Shown piece after piece: positions 25,850-39,939 of a DNA stretch of 64,000 nucleotides. Positions within the stretch are counted from its first letter, which is position 1. Each line of letters opens with the position of its first letter. Made by a program: the position numbers and the translations under genes. This stretch comes from the human T2T-CHM13v2.0 reference genome, Homo sapiens. Where the stretch lies: the NCBI RefSeq assembly GCF_009914755.1, contig NC_060929.1; one strand, given 5' to 3'. The notes beneath the pieces are model-generated. The model had not been told where the DNA came from. It ran no database searches and was given only the letters and a program-made list of their open reading frames with translations.

Positions 25850-28800
25850 TATTTGTGTATCATCTGCTTAAATCCTTCCAATAGTTTCCCATTCTATAGG
25901 AATATGCAACTTCCTTATCCTAGCTCACAGAGCACCACATAATATGGCCCATTTTTCTTTCTTTGGCCTCCTCTCTTATACTCCTTACTTTACTCTCTCT
26001 TTTCCAGCCACCTTGGCCTTCTTTGTTTCCTCCAAACCACCAAGTTTATTGCTCCACAAGAGCCTTTGCTCTAGCCATACTCTCTGATGGTAGAGATGCC
26101 TGTCCCCAGTTTTTTTTCCCAGCTGGCTGCTGCTTGTTAGTCAGATCTCGGGTCACTGTCACCTTCAACAGCAAGGTTCTCTCAACCATCCAACCAATGT
26201 AGATGTCTTGCACTGATTATCATATTGCCTATTTAATTATTTTCATTGCACACATCACTACCTGATGATTTTGTCACTTGATTATTTATTTTTATCTATT
26301 TATTATCCATCAGTGCTCCCCCCCAAAAAAATGCAAGTTATATGAAAATAAAAAACTATCACAGTCACTGATATAAGCCCAGTGCTTACCTGATATGTAG
26401 GTACTGTGGTTTGAATGTGTCCCCTCCAAAATTCGGGTGTTGCCAACATGATAATATTAAGAGGTGGGACCTATAAGGCATGACATTTTAAAAATTTGTT
26501 ATGTTTTTAAAATCTTTTAAATCTTGAAGTATTCATTCACAAAAAAGCATTTAGATGGCAGCAGATTCTGCTGCTACATCTATACCCTAAAACAATTGGC
26601 TAGGTTACTAGATAGCTACAAGAATGAATGGAGGATAACAAACCAGAGGGCAAAGTCAATGCATGAAGCCAGGAGGGATCTACCCTTGTACATGGGATTA
26701 GGTGTCCTTTAAGGGGCTTCATGGAGGGACTTGATTCTCTCTCACCTTTCTGCCTTCTGCACGTGAGAACAAGGCAAAACAGTCCTTACCAGATGCCAAC
26801 ACATTGATTTTGTTCTTTCCAGCCTCCAAAACTGTGAGAAATGAATTTCCTATTTTAAAAAATTGCCCAGTTTGTGGTACTCTGTTATAGCAGCACAAAT
26901 GAACTAAGATGGAAATTAGTACTAAGGAGCTAGGTGTTGCTCTAACAAGCACCTGAAAATGTGGAAGTGGCTTTGGGACTGGATAATTGGTAGAGGCTGA
27001 AACAGTTGTGAAGTGAATGATGTAAAAAGCCTATATGGCCATAAACAGATTAAGGATGATTCTAGTCAAGGCTCAGAAGAAGAGCTGTGGGGCAAAGCTC
27101 AGTCTTTTGAGAGATTTCTTCACTGGTTGTGGCAGTGGAGATTATTCTGATGAGGTCTCAGATGGAAATTAGGAACAATGTACTGGAGACTGGAGGAAAG
27201 GTCATCTTTGTTATAAAGTGGAAAGGAACTTGGCTGAATTGTGTCTATGTTCTAGGACTTTTCAGAAGACAGAGCTTAAGAACGATGAACTAGAATATTT
27301 CACAGAAGAAATCGCTAAGCAGAAAAGTGTTCAGGATGCTGCATGGCTTCTCTTAACAGGTTATAGTAAAATGCAAAAAGAGAGAAATGATTTAAAGACA
27401 GGATATATACTTAAAGGGAAAGGAGAATGTACAGATTTGGAAAATTCTCAGCCTGGGCATGTAAAGAATAAAAAGGCAATTTTAGGAGAGAAAATCAAGG
27501 GCATGGCTAAGCAAACATTTGATAAGATTAGTACGGCTAGAAGGAATCCAGATGCTATTCATCAAGACAATGGAAGCATGACCTCAAAGGGGTTTTTGAG
27601 ATCTTCAAGGCTTCCATTCCTATCACAAGCCCAGAATGCTAGGGTCTTAGGGTCAGAAAGGATTCAGGGGATGGGTCCAGTGTCTGTGGGACCTAGCTTC
27701 CCAAGGCCTCCTTAGATCTCTGTTCCCTGCATCCTGGCATAGCACTCTTTGGGCACCCTAGATATGGCTCAAGCTGGCCCAGGTGCAGCCTGGACCACCA
27801 CTCCAGAAGGTGTAAACAATGAGCTTTGGCAATGATCATGTGGTGCTAATTCTGTAGGTGTGTAGAGTTCGGAGCTGTGGAGGCATGGCTGCCTCTACCT
27901 ATATTTCAAAGATGTCTCAGACAGCCTTAAATCCCAGGCAGGTACCTGCCCCATGGGTGGTGCTATGGCAGAGAATTCTCACTAGGGCAATGCTGAGTGG
28001 CTATGTGGGGGCAGGGCCATCCTTGAGAAAGACATCTTTAACTGTAAAGCCACCAGCACGTAGTGTCAGGCTAAGATCACCATAGGCATATGCCTTCAAT
28101 GCATGACAGTTGAAGCCAGGGTTGCACCCAGCAAAGCCATGGGATGGGGCTGCTTGAGGCCTTGGGGGCCCAACTGTCATTCTAGCATATCCAGAAGGTG
28201 GGACATGGAGTGAAAGAAGATTATTTTCAAGCTTTAAGATTTAATGCTGTTAGCCCTGTTGAGTATTCAACTAACTTGGGATCTATTACTCTTTTCTTCT
28301 TTTGTTCTATCTTTCCCTTTTGGAATGGGAATGTTTACCCTATGCCTGTCTCAACATTGTGTTTTGGAAACATGTAATGTTTGATCTCACAGGCTCACAG
28401 CTGGAGGGATATTTTCCTCAGGATGAATCATGCCTTGAGTCTTATTCATATCTGATTTACATGAGACTTTGGACTTAAACTTTCAAGTTGAAGCTGGAAT
28501 GAATTAAGAATTCTGGGGCTATTGAAATAAAATAAATGTATTTTATATGTGAGAAAGACATGAATTTTGAGGGACTATGAGTGGAATGCTTTATAGTTTG
28601 AATCTATCCCCTGGTGGGGACTGTAAGAGGTGATTAGGCCATGAGGAATCCTCCCTCATGAATGAGATTAGGTGCCTTTATAAAGGTGCTTGATTAAGGG
28701 AGTTGCTTCTGTCTTGCCCTTCCATTTTCCACCATGTAAAGACATAGCAAGAAAGGGCTCAGCAGATACCAGCAACTTAATCTTCAACTTCCCAGCCTCG

Positions 28801-28935
28801 AGAACTGTGAGAAATAAATTTCTTTCCCTTATAAATGACCTGTTCTGTGGTATTCAGTTATAGGGGCACAAATAGGCTAGTATAGTAGTTAATAAATATA
28901 TATTTGTTGAATAAAAGAATGAAGACATGAAAGAA
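25850..28935 (+). mobile_element. L2 3' region split by MaLR (25850-26401, 28885-28935)
   Basis: CAAGAGCCTTTGCTCTAGCC...CCCAGTGCTT; tail ATATTTGTTGAATAAAAGAATGAA after the MaLR. Confidence 0.7.
26402..28884 (+). mobile_element. Full-length MaLR (MSTC/D-MLT1A class): 5' LTR 26402-26911, int 26912-28586, 3' LTR 28587-28884
   Basis: Two related LTRs, MaLR-int ORF remnant (27218-27715, NLAELCLC...QDAAWLLL), TSD GTAGG/GTAGT. Confidence 0.88.
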
Positions 28936-30899
28936 TAAATGTTTTATTTTCTCTTCTGACAACATGACATAGAAAGCCAGCATATTTTATATTTGTTTTT
29001 ATCAGCTCCACTACTTTTCACTGGATCTTTTACAAATCCCATTTCAGGGTGATCTCAGGAGTCCTTTCCCATCTACTCCAATTCACTCATGTCCTCCTCT
29101 TCTTTGGAGTCCATAATCCAAAATATTTGTGCAATTCAGCTGCAATGATAAATACTCCAAATGCCATGTTCCCACCTAAAGTAGCTCAGAAAGGAGGCAG
29201 CACAAAATCTAGAGGGCAAAAGGAAGGCTTGGTTCTGGAATACTCTTCTCTGCCTAGATCCTTATTTAAGACCACTGTAAACAAAAGAGGATCCAGTTAC
29301 TGAAGATCTCACACATTTGTATTCTGCAGAAGAAACTGAAGAGCCACTCGTTCCATATCACTGTACTATCAGAATAATCTAAAAGGATCACTTAAGTTTA
29401 TCTGTATCCAGAGCCAAATACTGTTGTTCATGATCAATTATGCTGCTTTGAGTTCTTGATGTGTTTTCAAAACCAGGAGAAACTAAATAGAATATGGTAT
29501 CTGTTCTATTACCTCATCCAAGATCAAGCCCTGGATGAGGTAACATTAACACAAGGACTTCTAAATAGAAATGCAGTAGAGGAGACAATTATGGGTCCTA
29601 ATGCAATGTAGATGATTTCTTTGGTAATGAATACTTAATTTATTGCAGTTTCACTGGGTTTCCAACTACTGCACAATATTAATACAGATAACTCTTGAAC
29701 AAAGTCTTCTAGGAAACAAACTGGACTGAACTTAAATGGATCCATGTTTCTTAACATATTTAGATACGATGATACTAATTTTTAGGTGGCTGTATCTATG
29801 ACAAGGAAGGTCTGTTTCACATTGTCCCATAGTCATTTACATATATGATAAATGACAAAAACTCTTGGATAGAAGTACAAATTTAATATTTAAAGAGGAA
29901 ATCAAGAATCTAGGAGACATGGTAGATTAGAAAACAAATTGAAAAGTTAGATTTATTACATATTAACATCAGTTTTTTCTGAAACAAATTTTATTATACT
30001 TTATAGTTTATAAAAGTTAATTCACAGTCTTCATACTAGTTTATTTAAGACTTACTAAACTGTAATGAAGATTTTATTGCATACACTTTAAAAATCACCA
30101 AAAACCTGACTGTAATAGAGTTGAGGTTGAGGTGTGGAAGTTTAATCATATACTTCCTAGGTGCTTCCAGTGTGCCAATCAGCATGCTAGAATCATCTAG
30201 AATCTTTGACTAGTTTGGGGTTCTAGGATTTTTCCGATATGTAAGAATTTTATCACTTTGATCAATTTTATCACTCTCAGGCCAGATGAGACAGGATCAA
30301 AGATGAATGAGACTAGATCCTGCTTGAGTCTGATAAAGGATACAGATGGTTACATAATTTCAATTAAATGTAATAAGTGCTGGGTGGAGGTTATCATACC
30401 TATTAATAGGCAAAGCAAAGGATTAAATACATATCTCTGTGTAAATACACATCTCTGTGTAAAAGTCTTATGTCATTATGTAAACACACTGTATTGTATA
30501 CTGTGTTATATACTGTTTTCATTCAAAGTCTGATATAATATATACCCTGAAAAACAAATGGACTCATATGGCAAAGATATTTTAGCTAAAGGAAAATTTT
30601 ATATTAGCAATAAGAGAGGATAAAAACCTTTCTCTGTTCAGGATTCTCGCAATCAGGAAGATTTAAGATGGTTTTGCCTGGGACGGAGTTTCAGTGCTAG
30701 AACTCAAAAAATCCTTGGAAAACTATGATAGCTGGCCAATCTATCAAGGTTTTCAAGGTTACAAAATATATAACAAGTTTTTTAAATCTTAAGAACCATA
30801 TTCAGTTAGGCTTAATCCCACTGGTTTAGATCTGAATTTCTCCAGATGGCAGTGGATTACAGAGACCAACGAGGAAGAGAAAGCCAAATAAGAGCATTA

Positions 30900-31105
30900 C
30901 CTTACAATTGTAGAGCATTTAAGATTTATGAAACTTGATCTCAATCTTTATAAATTGCCCATGTGAGTTTCATAACACGGACAAGGACAGGTATCTTTAT
31001 CCCCATTTAACAAAGAAGCAGATTCAAAGGGATAAGAAATTTGGTCAAAGTGATAAAATTCTTACATATCGGAAAAATCCTAGAACCCCAAACTAGTCAA
31101 AGATT
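30900..31105 (-). mobile_element. MIR
   Basis: TTATCCCCATTTAACAAAGAAG...GGATAAGAAATTTGGTCAAAG. Confidence 0.55.
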
Positions 31106-31707
31106 TAGATTATTTCAACCCCTGGTGGTGAAAAGTAGTAAGATTATATAATAACCTATCTCATCCAGTCAAAAATGTTATTCATAAGTATTAATATGTT
31201 AGGTTTGTACTTAAAGGGCAATCAATCAATCAATAGGAGAACAAGAAGTAACATAACCTCAAAGTCAAGTGGAAGTTTTTAAGTGTTAGGAACACTCTTA
31301 ACTGCTGAAGGGCCATTTAACCAAAGGATTTGTACATACCTAACATCTCTGCAGCACTTAACTTTATAAATATCTGACTGTCTTTACTGCTGTGTTGCAA
31401 CTGTGCTAAACATCAACTCCAGATGGTGCTTTGGAAGGCACAAAGCACTATATAGATACAACGGTTTATGGTTTTTTTAAGTTTTATGCATATCAGATCA
31501 GAATTCCCAGCACCTGGTGCCTTATCACTCTTAGGCTGAAATAAAAATTCTGGTTATTTTTCCACCCGTGAATGGATGAGTCAGATATTATTTCTACTCC
31601 CATTGTTTCTGAGGCTAACACTATATTGGCCACTCAGTCCAGTGCTAGGACGGCACTGTGTGGAATCGTTTCTCCTACATGAGTAGTTCTCCCACCTCCT
31701 GATCTGA

Positions 31708-32029
<322 letters not shown>

Positions 32030-32699
32030 TAATCTGATCTGATTTCTAAAGCTCATTTTAGGCATTATAACACACTTCTGTGGTATTTCCTACTATAAAT
32101 TTTGACCATGAAAAACATAAAATGTACCATAAAAAAGCTCACATTAGCCAATGAATTTTTCAACATGATAAAAATGAAATACCTCAAACTGAGCCTTTCA
32201 TACATACAAATTCTCTTTAATATTTTGTTACAGCCAAATAGAGGTTTGCAGTTAGGAAACTGTCAAGGTTTATTTAAGAAGGTTCACTGCACTCACTTCT
32301 ATTAGATTTAGGATTCATCTATATAATTAGTTTCTCAGTACTTAAAAAAACTTACCAAAGACCTGTCCCTAAGCAGGAAAATCTATCCTAACTAATTTCC
32401 TTCCCCCTGCCAGGGGACATTTTTTTCTCTTATGAAAATATCATTAATAAAATATCTATAATTACGAAGATCCCCAAATCTCGAAAATGTCAATGGCATA
32501 TGTTTACTTTTTAAGTTAAAAATCATTATGTTGTTTTGAAAATTTCACATTATTGCCTAGAGGGTGATTAAATTCAAGGTTGAGAGTGTGTTTAACAAAT
32601 CAGCAGTTTGCATTTATTCACTAAGTGTGGCAAAGATGTTAATTTTTTTCCAAAATAATTAAAAATGTATATCTATCTTCTTTAATATTGTAATTATTG

Positions 32700-33060
32700 C
32701 TGGAGCCACCTTTCCAGGCAGTGAGCACATTCCACAGCAACCCCTTGCATAAAGGTGCAGCTACATGACTAGTTCACACCCAACAAAATAGAATGATGTA
32801 TGTTACTTCTAAGCCTGGATTTTCAAAGAAGTAGGTGTGCCTTCTTCACTCTGTCTCTTTCCACCTATTGGGCCTTAGTGAATGCTGGAGCCATAAGATG
32901 AAAAAATTCTGAGTCCCTGAAACACTTTATGGAAGGTCACCACTAAACAGTAATACCCTTGATGAACTAGTTTAATTCTATCACCAAGAAATAAACTTCC
33001 ATTATGTTAAGCCACTGAAATTTTTTGTTTCATTTTTTCAACAGCTGGCATTGAAATATT
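32700..33060 (+). mobile_element. Old MLT1 (MLT1J-like) LTR
   Basis: GAAATAAACTTCCATTATGTTAAGCCACTGAAATT 3' end. Confidence 0.65.
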
Positions 33061-33199
33061 CTAGGAAAATAAATTTCCATTACTGGAGTCAGTTTTTTTT
33101 TCAGTCCAGAAAAATAAAATTTTTGGAAAAGCCAGATTAACCCTCAAGCTAGTTCTTAATTAGGTTCAGACACAAGTAGGTCTTATCTACCCGCCATGA

Positions 33200-33546
33200 T
33201 TGACCACATCATACTGCTTCCTTCAAGGGGTCATTCACACAGGCTGCCTCCTTATGCTGGAACACCTTGTTCTCTATCTAGACCTTTCTGACTTTCCTAC
33301 TTGCCTTTCAGATTTTGGTTGAATTGACCGAAGTAATTTCCCTTTTTAGTGGATATCACAGTGGAAATACAATTTTATACTTATTTGTTATAATCATTTG
33401 ATTGACATGTGTTGTTCTCACTATAAACTTTGTAATGGCAGAAATTATGTTTTTTTATTTTGCTAAGCATTGCATCCATCATGCCTAGCAAGAGTCCAAC
33501 ACATAGTAGTCCCTGAATAAACATTTGTCAAATGAATATAATGAAT
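33200..33546 (+). mobile_element. L2 3' fragment
   Basis: GCCTAGCA...ACATAGTAG...AATAAACATTTGTCAAATGAAT. Confidence 0.6.
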
Positions 33547-33839
33547 TAATAGTACAGCTTGGTACTATGACAGATGAAAGCTGAATGTAAAGAACTTGAT
33601 GAAAGTACATTTATGGAATTCACACTTTTCTCTTTTCCTTCAAGTTAATTACTATGCTTTTAGTGTCTCAACAAAAGAAAACAGAGAATTGACCAAAGAT
33701 AAATTAGTTTTAAATAGAAGAGTCACAGAAATAAACTTAGCACTTCATTCCTGACAAAGGAACATGCTCATAATTTTATCAAAGGTTTTCTTTTACTCTC
33801 TGCTCAGAGTCATACTCACTGGTGCCCAAAATATTGTAG

Positions 33840-34189
33840 TGCTATGTTCTGAGTGTCTGCATCCCCCTAAAATTCATATGTTGAAACCTAATCCCCAATG
33901 CTATAGTAGAGATAAGGCATAGAAAGTATTAGGTTATGAAGGTGAATTTCTCATAGATATGACTAGTTTCTTATAAAAGAGGCCCAAAAAGCGGCTCTGC
34001 TCCTTCCACTATGGAGGGCACAGCAAGAAGGGGCCATCTATGAAGAGCTTACCCTCACCAGACATAGAATCTGCCAGCGTCTTGCCCTTGAACTTCCCAG
34101 CCTCCAGAATTGTGAGAAATAAATGTTTGTGCTTCATAAACCATTCAGCTTTTGGTATTTTGTTCCAGCAGCCTGAATGGACAAAGACA
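33840..34189 (+). mobile_element. MLT1A0-like solo LTR
   Basis: TGCTATG...AAAATTCATATGTTGAAACCTAATCCCCAATG...CTTCCCAGCCTCCAGAATTGTGAGAAATAAAT...AAGACA. Confidence 0.88.
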
Positions 34190-34736
34190 CATAGGAACAT
34201 TGCTGATATCATAAGCTGCACATTTTCCCCAGGATGTTGACTATTGTAGCAACATGTGGAAAACAAATTCACTAGAACCCTGGTCCAACCACTTTTTGAG
34301 GTGATTTCTCTTCCCTTTATCTGCTACCTCTTGGAAAAATGAACGACTTTCCTGAGGGTGATATTGAGAGAAGAACGTGAGCATATACAATTGAGCCTTT
34401 TCCCCTCTATCCTTGGAATCTTCTTACCAAGAAATAGGGTGTATCATGCAGGCCCTGATTCCAAAAATTAAGGTCATCAGGGTCAGCCTTCTGAAGACAC
34501 ATGCTTGGCTGACTTTGCTTTCCTTGTCTTATGTAAGCTTTGTAGTTGTGAGGGAGGAATTCTGGGTAAGCACATGTTATATCCCTTAGGCTGGGACAAC
34601 TCTGACCTAGCCACATCTTTCCTACTTCCTCTAGTTAGCTCGTAGTATCTTTTCCGTCTAAGTTAAATTATTACTTCCTTAGAGAAACCTTTCTAATACC
34701 TTCCTAAGTCATTTTCTTGCCAGACTTCTCACTGGG

Positions 34737-35973
34737 TATATTAGTTATATATTGCTGCATACCAAATTACCCCATAACTTAGTAGCTTGAAACAACAAAC
34801 ATTTATTATCTCACATGACTTTTTAGGGTCCAAAATCTGAGCTTGGCCCAACTAGGTGGTTCTGGCTCAAGGTTTCTCATGATATTATAGTCAAGATGCT
34901 GGTCAAGCCTGTAGTCATTTGCAGGATTGACTTGGGCTGGAGATTTTCAGGAGCTCAGTTCAGCTGGAGAGAAAAATTGCTAAGTTATCAGATGTTGGAG
35001 TAGCCAATTGATTCAACAAAACAAAAATGATAGTGATGCAACAAAACAAAAATGATAGTGAAGTCTTTAAAACCTGTGTTGGTATAATCAAAAGTAAAAA
35101 TATGGAGAAAGCAATAATTTGCCCCTCACAACTTACCCCATGGAATGACATACTGGTCAAGGGTCAGGTGAATCAGCACAGAAATGGGGGTTGTCTCACT
35201 GTTGAAAGAGACCCAAACAAAAGGATCTAGCAGTTATATAGACACTGGGGTTGATGAGGAGGGAGGGCTAGGAGTGGAAAAATTCCAAGTACCATGTCAG
35301 AGTAGGGGAATGTTTCTTCAATGTTTCCTTCGCATTCTCTAATAGGGAGGCCTCTGCAGAGCCACCTGAAGAGGACCTCTGCCTAAGGGCTCAGATCTCA
35401 TGTCCTAGGAATGAATGTTGCACCACCGTTAGCAATGCAAATAGCTGAAGAGCTTGACCCACCAGCAGGCTTGAGTCCTTGACTACAACCTGCTTCAGAG
35501 ACTGCAATGCACTGCCTGTGCACCAAGTTTGGTGTGGGGAGGACAACTTTCCCCTATGACGCTTTCTCAGTAAACCTTTGTCATTTCTTAATGGTCAGTC
35601 CTGTAAAATTACACATAGATTTGTAATCAAGAGCCAGACTTCTCAGAGGTTCTGCTTCTAAGCTGGTTCCTCGTATAGCTATTGGCAGAAAGCCTGCATT
35701 CCTCACCACGTGGACTTCTCCAAGGTTGGCTGAGAAGCCTCACGATATGGCAACTGCCTTCCCTAAGAGTGCGCAATCTATGATAAAGAGTAAGGAGGAA
35801 GTCACAATGACTTTTACGGCTGAATGTCAAAAATCACATATCACTTCTGCCACATTTTCCTTTTTAAAAGAAAGTCATTGAATTTATTCACACTCAAGAA
35901 GAGCAGAATTAGATTTCACTTTTTGAAGGAAAGAGTGTCAGATACTCTGTGTACCTACTTTAAAACAACCACA
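34737..35973 (-). mobile_element. MLT1F/G-like LTR split by a ~700 bp nested, probably LTR-derived insert (~34946-35650)
   Basis: ATTGCTGCATACCAAATTACCCC...GGGCTGGAG left; CTGCTTCTAAG...CACTTCTGCCACATT...AACCACA right; insert family not identified. Confidence 0.65.
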
Positions 35974-37429
35974 GTTAAGCAGATCATCTTAAAGTTTGAT
36001 TGAAAGAATTCTGCTTGTGTTCATTTATTTCAGCCACATAGCTGAGTTGATTCTTTGACCTCCATTTCTCTAACTCTGGTGCCAAACTTAAAATGGGGAA
36101 GAAGAAATGAGTGATTATTATCCTTAAATCCAATAATCCTGGTTTCAAATACAAATTTTTATGCTATTAACTGATTTCATTTAACCTGTAAATTTGCACA
36201 GCCTGTCAACTCAAATGGCCAAAAGAAATCAAATTGTTCATGTGTTAAATTAATGGATTGACTGAGATTATAGCATATTAAGAGATTTGTTATAATAATC
36301 CTAAATTGTATCATGTTCCCTTTAAAACAACCAATATGAAATATTCCCCCCAGTTGACGTCATAATGATTTTAACAAAAGTAAAAAGGCTGCAATCTGAA
36401 ATATCAATATAAAAAAGCATACTGAGCATCTTTCAACCACTTTTCAACCACTTTTTCATATGTCAAGACCAAGAAAGTGAAGTGTTGGAATTCACTCTTC
36501 TCACTGGAATGCTGGCAAACAAGTGAACCAAGGTTAATTTATTACTGAATTTATTACCAAAGGAACCATGGTAGAAAACAATCTTTAAGGGTCTGGAGTT
36601 TTGTTTTATTTAATGTTAGGAAATGCTAGGGAACTATCACTGTTAGTTCCTATTTACCACTACTGTTGCAGTGAATTTACTGGAACAAAAATCCAGTTTA
36701 TAAACTCTGCTAAGGAAATAAAAGCAATTTTACATTGGTGGTGGCATTAAATTTTACATGTGATTTCCTGAATAACATTATGCAATGCATTGTGACTTGA
36801 GATCCTCTTCCTGTATTATTAAAGCTACTAATCCAAACAGAATGCACTAAATCCCCTACAGATTAGGAAAAATCACTGCCTCTGAACTTCTCAACATAGT
36901 GCTTCCAACATGCTGCTTTCCTCTTAACTCTGTTGTTCATTGTTCAAAAAATTTTATTTTCTCTCTCTCAGCTATGTAAAAATTAGAAATATTAGAAAGT
37001 AAAACGAATTTTCAAGTAAGAAATACCATAGCTGTTGATCTACATGATTTCTCCATGCAGATAATCTCTATATTTTCCAACCATAAGTTTCATCAAAGAA
37101 GGAGTGTGTCCACCTTGTTCACCAGTGTTTCTCCAGCATCTTGTTCTGTGTCTGGTTGATTATAATAAATTACTGTGAAAGATATTGATGAATGCCTCTC
37201 TTTAGAACTAAATCATTGACTTTCCATGAAAACAGAAAGAGAAGGATTCTTACTATTACCTTTCCCTGTGAGTGAGAGGAATTTTCATAAACTGACCATC
37301 CTCAGACCAAGGCTTGAAAAGAGGACAGCTGCATCCTAACTACTATGTAAATTTTTATTTCTTAAACTTTTAGAATGGTTTTTATAATTATTTAATTAAT
37401 TACTGCAAGGCTTTCTGAAAATATAAAAT

Positions 37430-37900
37430 CCTAGATGTTTATTGAATTTTTAAAATTTAAGTAATAAAATACCTTTATATATTCAGATATTTGGTATGCA
37501 CTGGGGGTACAGATAAATCCAAGCCCTGCCCTCTAAGAATTTACATTCTAGTAATGAATAGAGATATTAAACAATTGATTATACAATTCATTTGTTTAAT
37601 TTTATTTGTGATGGATGAAAATGGAGAATTCAGTAATTGTGAGAGTGTATAACAGGGTGAGTGGATCTGGTGTGGAGCATCAGAGAAGACTTCCTTGAGG
37701 AAATTATATTTGAGCAGAGCACTATAAAATGTATAGGAATTAATGGATAGGTAATGGACTGCTGAGAAAACTAGATGGAGGATTGTGAAGGGAGAAGAAA
37801 AATGGCCCATGCAGAAAGAAGAGAAACAGAGAAGCATGTGAATAGAATTCAGAAAGCCTGTGAATAGCTTACAGTGATGCTAATAGGGAATAAAGCAGTA
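37430..37900 (-). mobile_element. L2 fragment
   Basis: TTTATTGAA...CCCTGCCCTCTAAGAATTTACATTCTAGT...CAGAGAAGACTTCCTTGAGGA. Confidence 0.6.
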
Positions 37901-37913
37901 TGAATAGCTTTAC

Positions 37914-38082
37914 TTTTTTTTTTTTTTTTTTTTAAGAGATAGGGTATTGCTCTGTCACTCAGGCTGGAGTGCAGTGGCATGATCATAGGCCACTGTAACC
38001 TTGAACTCCTGGGCTCAAGTGATCCTCCAGCCTTAGCCTCCTGAGTAGCTGGGACTACAGGCATGAGCTACTGTGCCCAGCT
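37914..38082 (-). mobile_element. Alu right-arm monomer (FRAM/AluJ-derived)
   Basis: Poly-T then single arm with CTCCTGGGCTCAAGTGATCCTCC. Confidence 0.85.
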
Positions 38083-38839
38083 AGAGTTATTTTCTTAAAA
38101 TATTATTCTGGCTCCTATTCTAGAGCAAGATGGTATAAAATCGTTTCTCTCGTTTCTTCCCTATGAAGGTAACTAAATACCTATGAGACAATGATAAAAT
38201 TATTCATGGGATAATGATAAAATTATTCATGAGACAATGATAAAAGACTGAAAGCAAACTGAAGGAGTGGCAATAACTAGCTAGGGAGGAAAAACAAAGG
38301 TGGGCTGCAAGGAAACTCGCAGGACATGAGGAATGTCCTGATGAATTTCTTAGGTTTTCTTTTGATCTTGCATATGCTCCCAGATTGATCTTCCAAATAC
38401 TCCCAGGTCTGGGAGAGGTCAAAAACTCAGAACCACCAAGAGGCATAGGCAGAATAAAACCAAAACACATACACACAAAGAAAAGCCTGCCCTCTCTGGC
38501 CAAGGAGTGGGAAAAGCAATGGACAACAGAGACCTAGTAGAGAGCCACAACCTGGACCTGGCAGTCAGTCAATTCTCCGGCAGCAGGAACAGGACTCCAA
38601 CTATTCAGTCCTCACTCCACAACCCGGCTCCCAACTCCCATCATCAGTCCTATCCATGACAGGAGCAGCATAAGCAGAGGCCTGTGTCTCTCAGCCTTCT
38701 ACCTAGGAGCATAAGGAGATCAAGTTTAGTGGCTTTTTCCCTCATATCCCCCTTCAAAAAATGGTCCAGAGGTACCAAGTAGCCAAAGGAAGAACATTGC
38801 ATACCTGTATATTGCACCTTCAGGAACTGAGTGGGAGCC

Positions 38840-39214
38840 TGTGTTAGTCAGCTCAGGCTGCTATTACAAAATACCATAGACTGAGTGGCTTAAGTAATAG
38901 ACTTTTATTTCTCACAGTTCTGGAGGCTGGGAAATCCCAGATCAAGGTACTAGTCAATTTGATTGCTAGGGAGGGCTCTCTTCCTAACTTGTAGGTAGCT
39001 GCATTCTCTCTGTGTCCTCACATGGTGGAGACAGATTGCTTCCTCTTTCTTTCCCTTCTTATAAAACCACTAATTCCATCATAAGAGCTCCAACCTCATA
39101 AACTTTTCTAACTCTAATTACACCTAAAGACCCTATCTGGAAATGCCATCACTTTGGGGATTAGGAATTCGCTGTATGAATTTGGCGTGGGGGGACACAA
39201 TTCAGTGCATAACA
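38840..39214 (-). mobile_element. MLT1A/B solo LTR
   Basis: TGTGTTAGTCAGCTCAGGCTGCT...TCTCACAGTTCTGGAGGCTGG...CATAACA; perfect TSD GAGCC. Confidence 0.9.
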
Positions 39215-39939
39215 GAGCCTCAACAGCACCAGAAAAAATGAAGCAGACCACAGTAGCCTTGCAAAGACTCTGAAAGATAAACTGTTACTGAAACTAAAGC
39301 CCACGAAAATAAGCCAGAACTTAAACACTACATCTAAACAAGCTATTTGTTAAAATAGATGGGATCAAAAGTTTCCTGATGTAATAATTTAAAATCATAT
39401 CCATTATACAATTGAAAATCATTAATCATATCTGAGACCAAGAAAACCACCATATGGATGAGAAAAGAAAATCAGCTGAGAAGACAAGGTAATCACCTCA
39501 ATACTGAGGTAAATTAGATATTGAGATTACCTGACAAGAATTTTTTTAAAATTGTTATCAAAATGCTTTGGTAATCAAATACAAGTTCTTCTTAAAACTT
39601 TACATTATATATATATATATATATATAATGTAAGGAAAGAAATAGAAGTGGTAAGAAAGAACAAAGAGGAAATTGTAGAACTGAAAATAAAATAATCAAA
39701 ATAAAAACTTGCCAGATGATCTCAATAGCAGATTGGTTAGCACAGAGGATACAATTAGTAAACTTGGAAAAACATAAATAGAATTTACTCAATCTAAACA
39801 AAAGAAAGAAGTTGATGGGAAAAAATGAGCAGAACTTCATGGATTTGTGGAACAATAACAAAAGATTTAACAGTAATATCATCGGAGTTCCAGAAGAAGA
39901 GCACAAAAAGTAGGACTAAAAAAGTATTGGAGATAATGC

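Noticed and set aside
27218-27715. 165 aa ORF
   Set aside because: Remnant of the MaLR internal ORF, common in MST/MLT-int copies; no sign of a host gene
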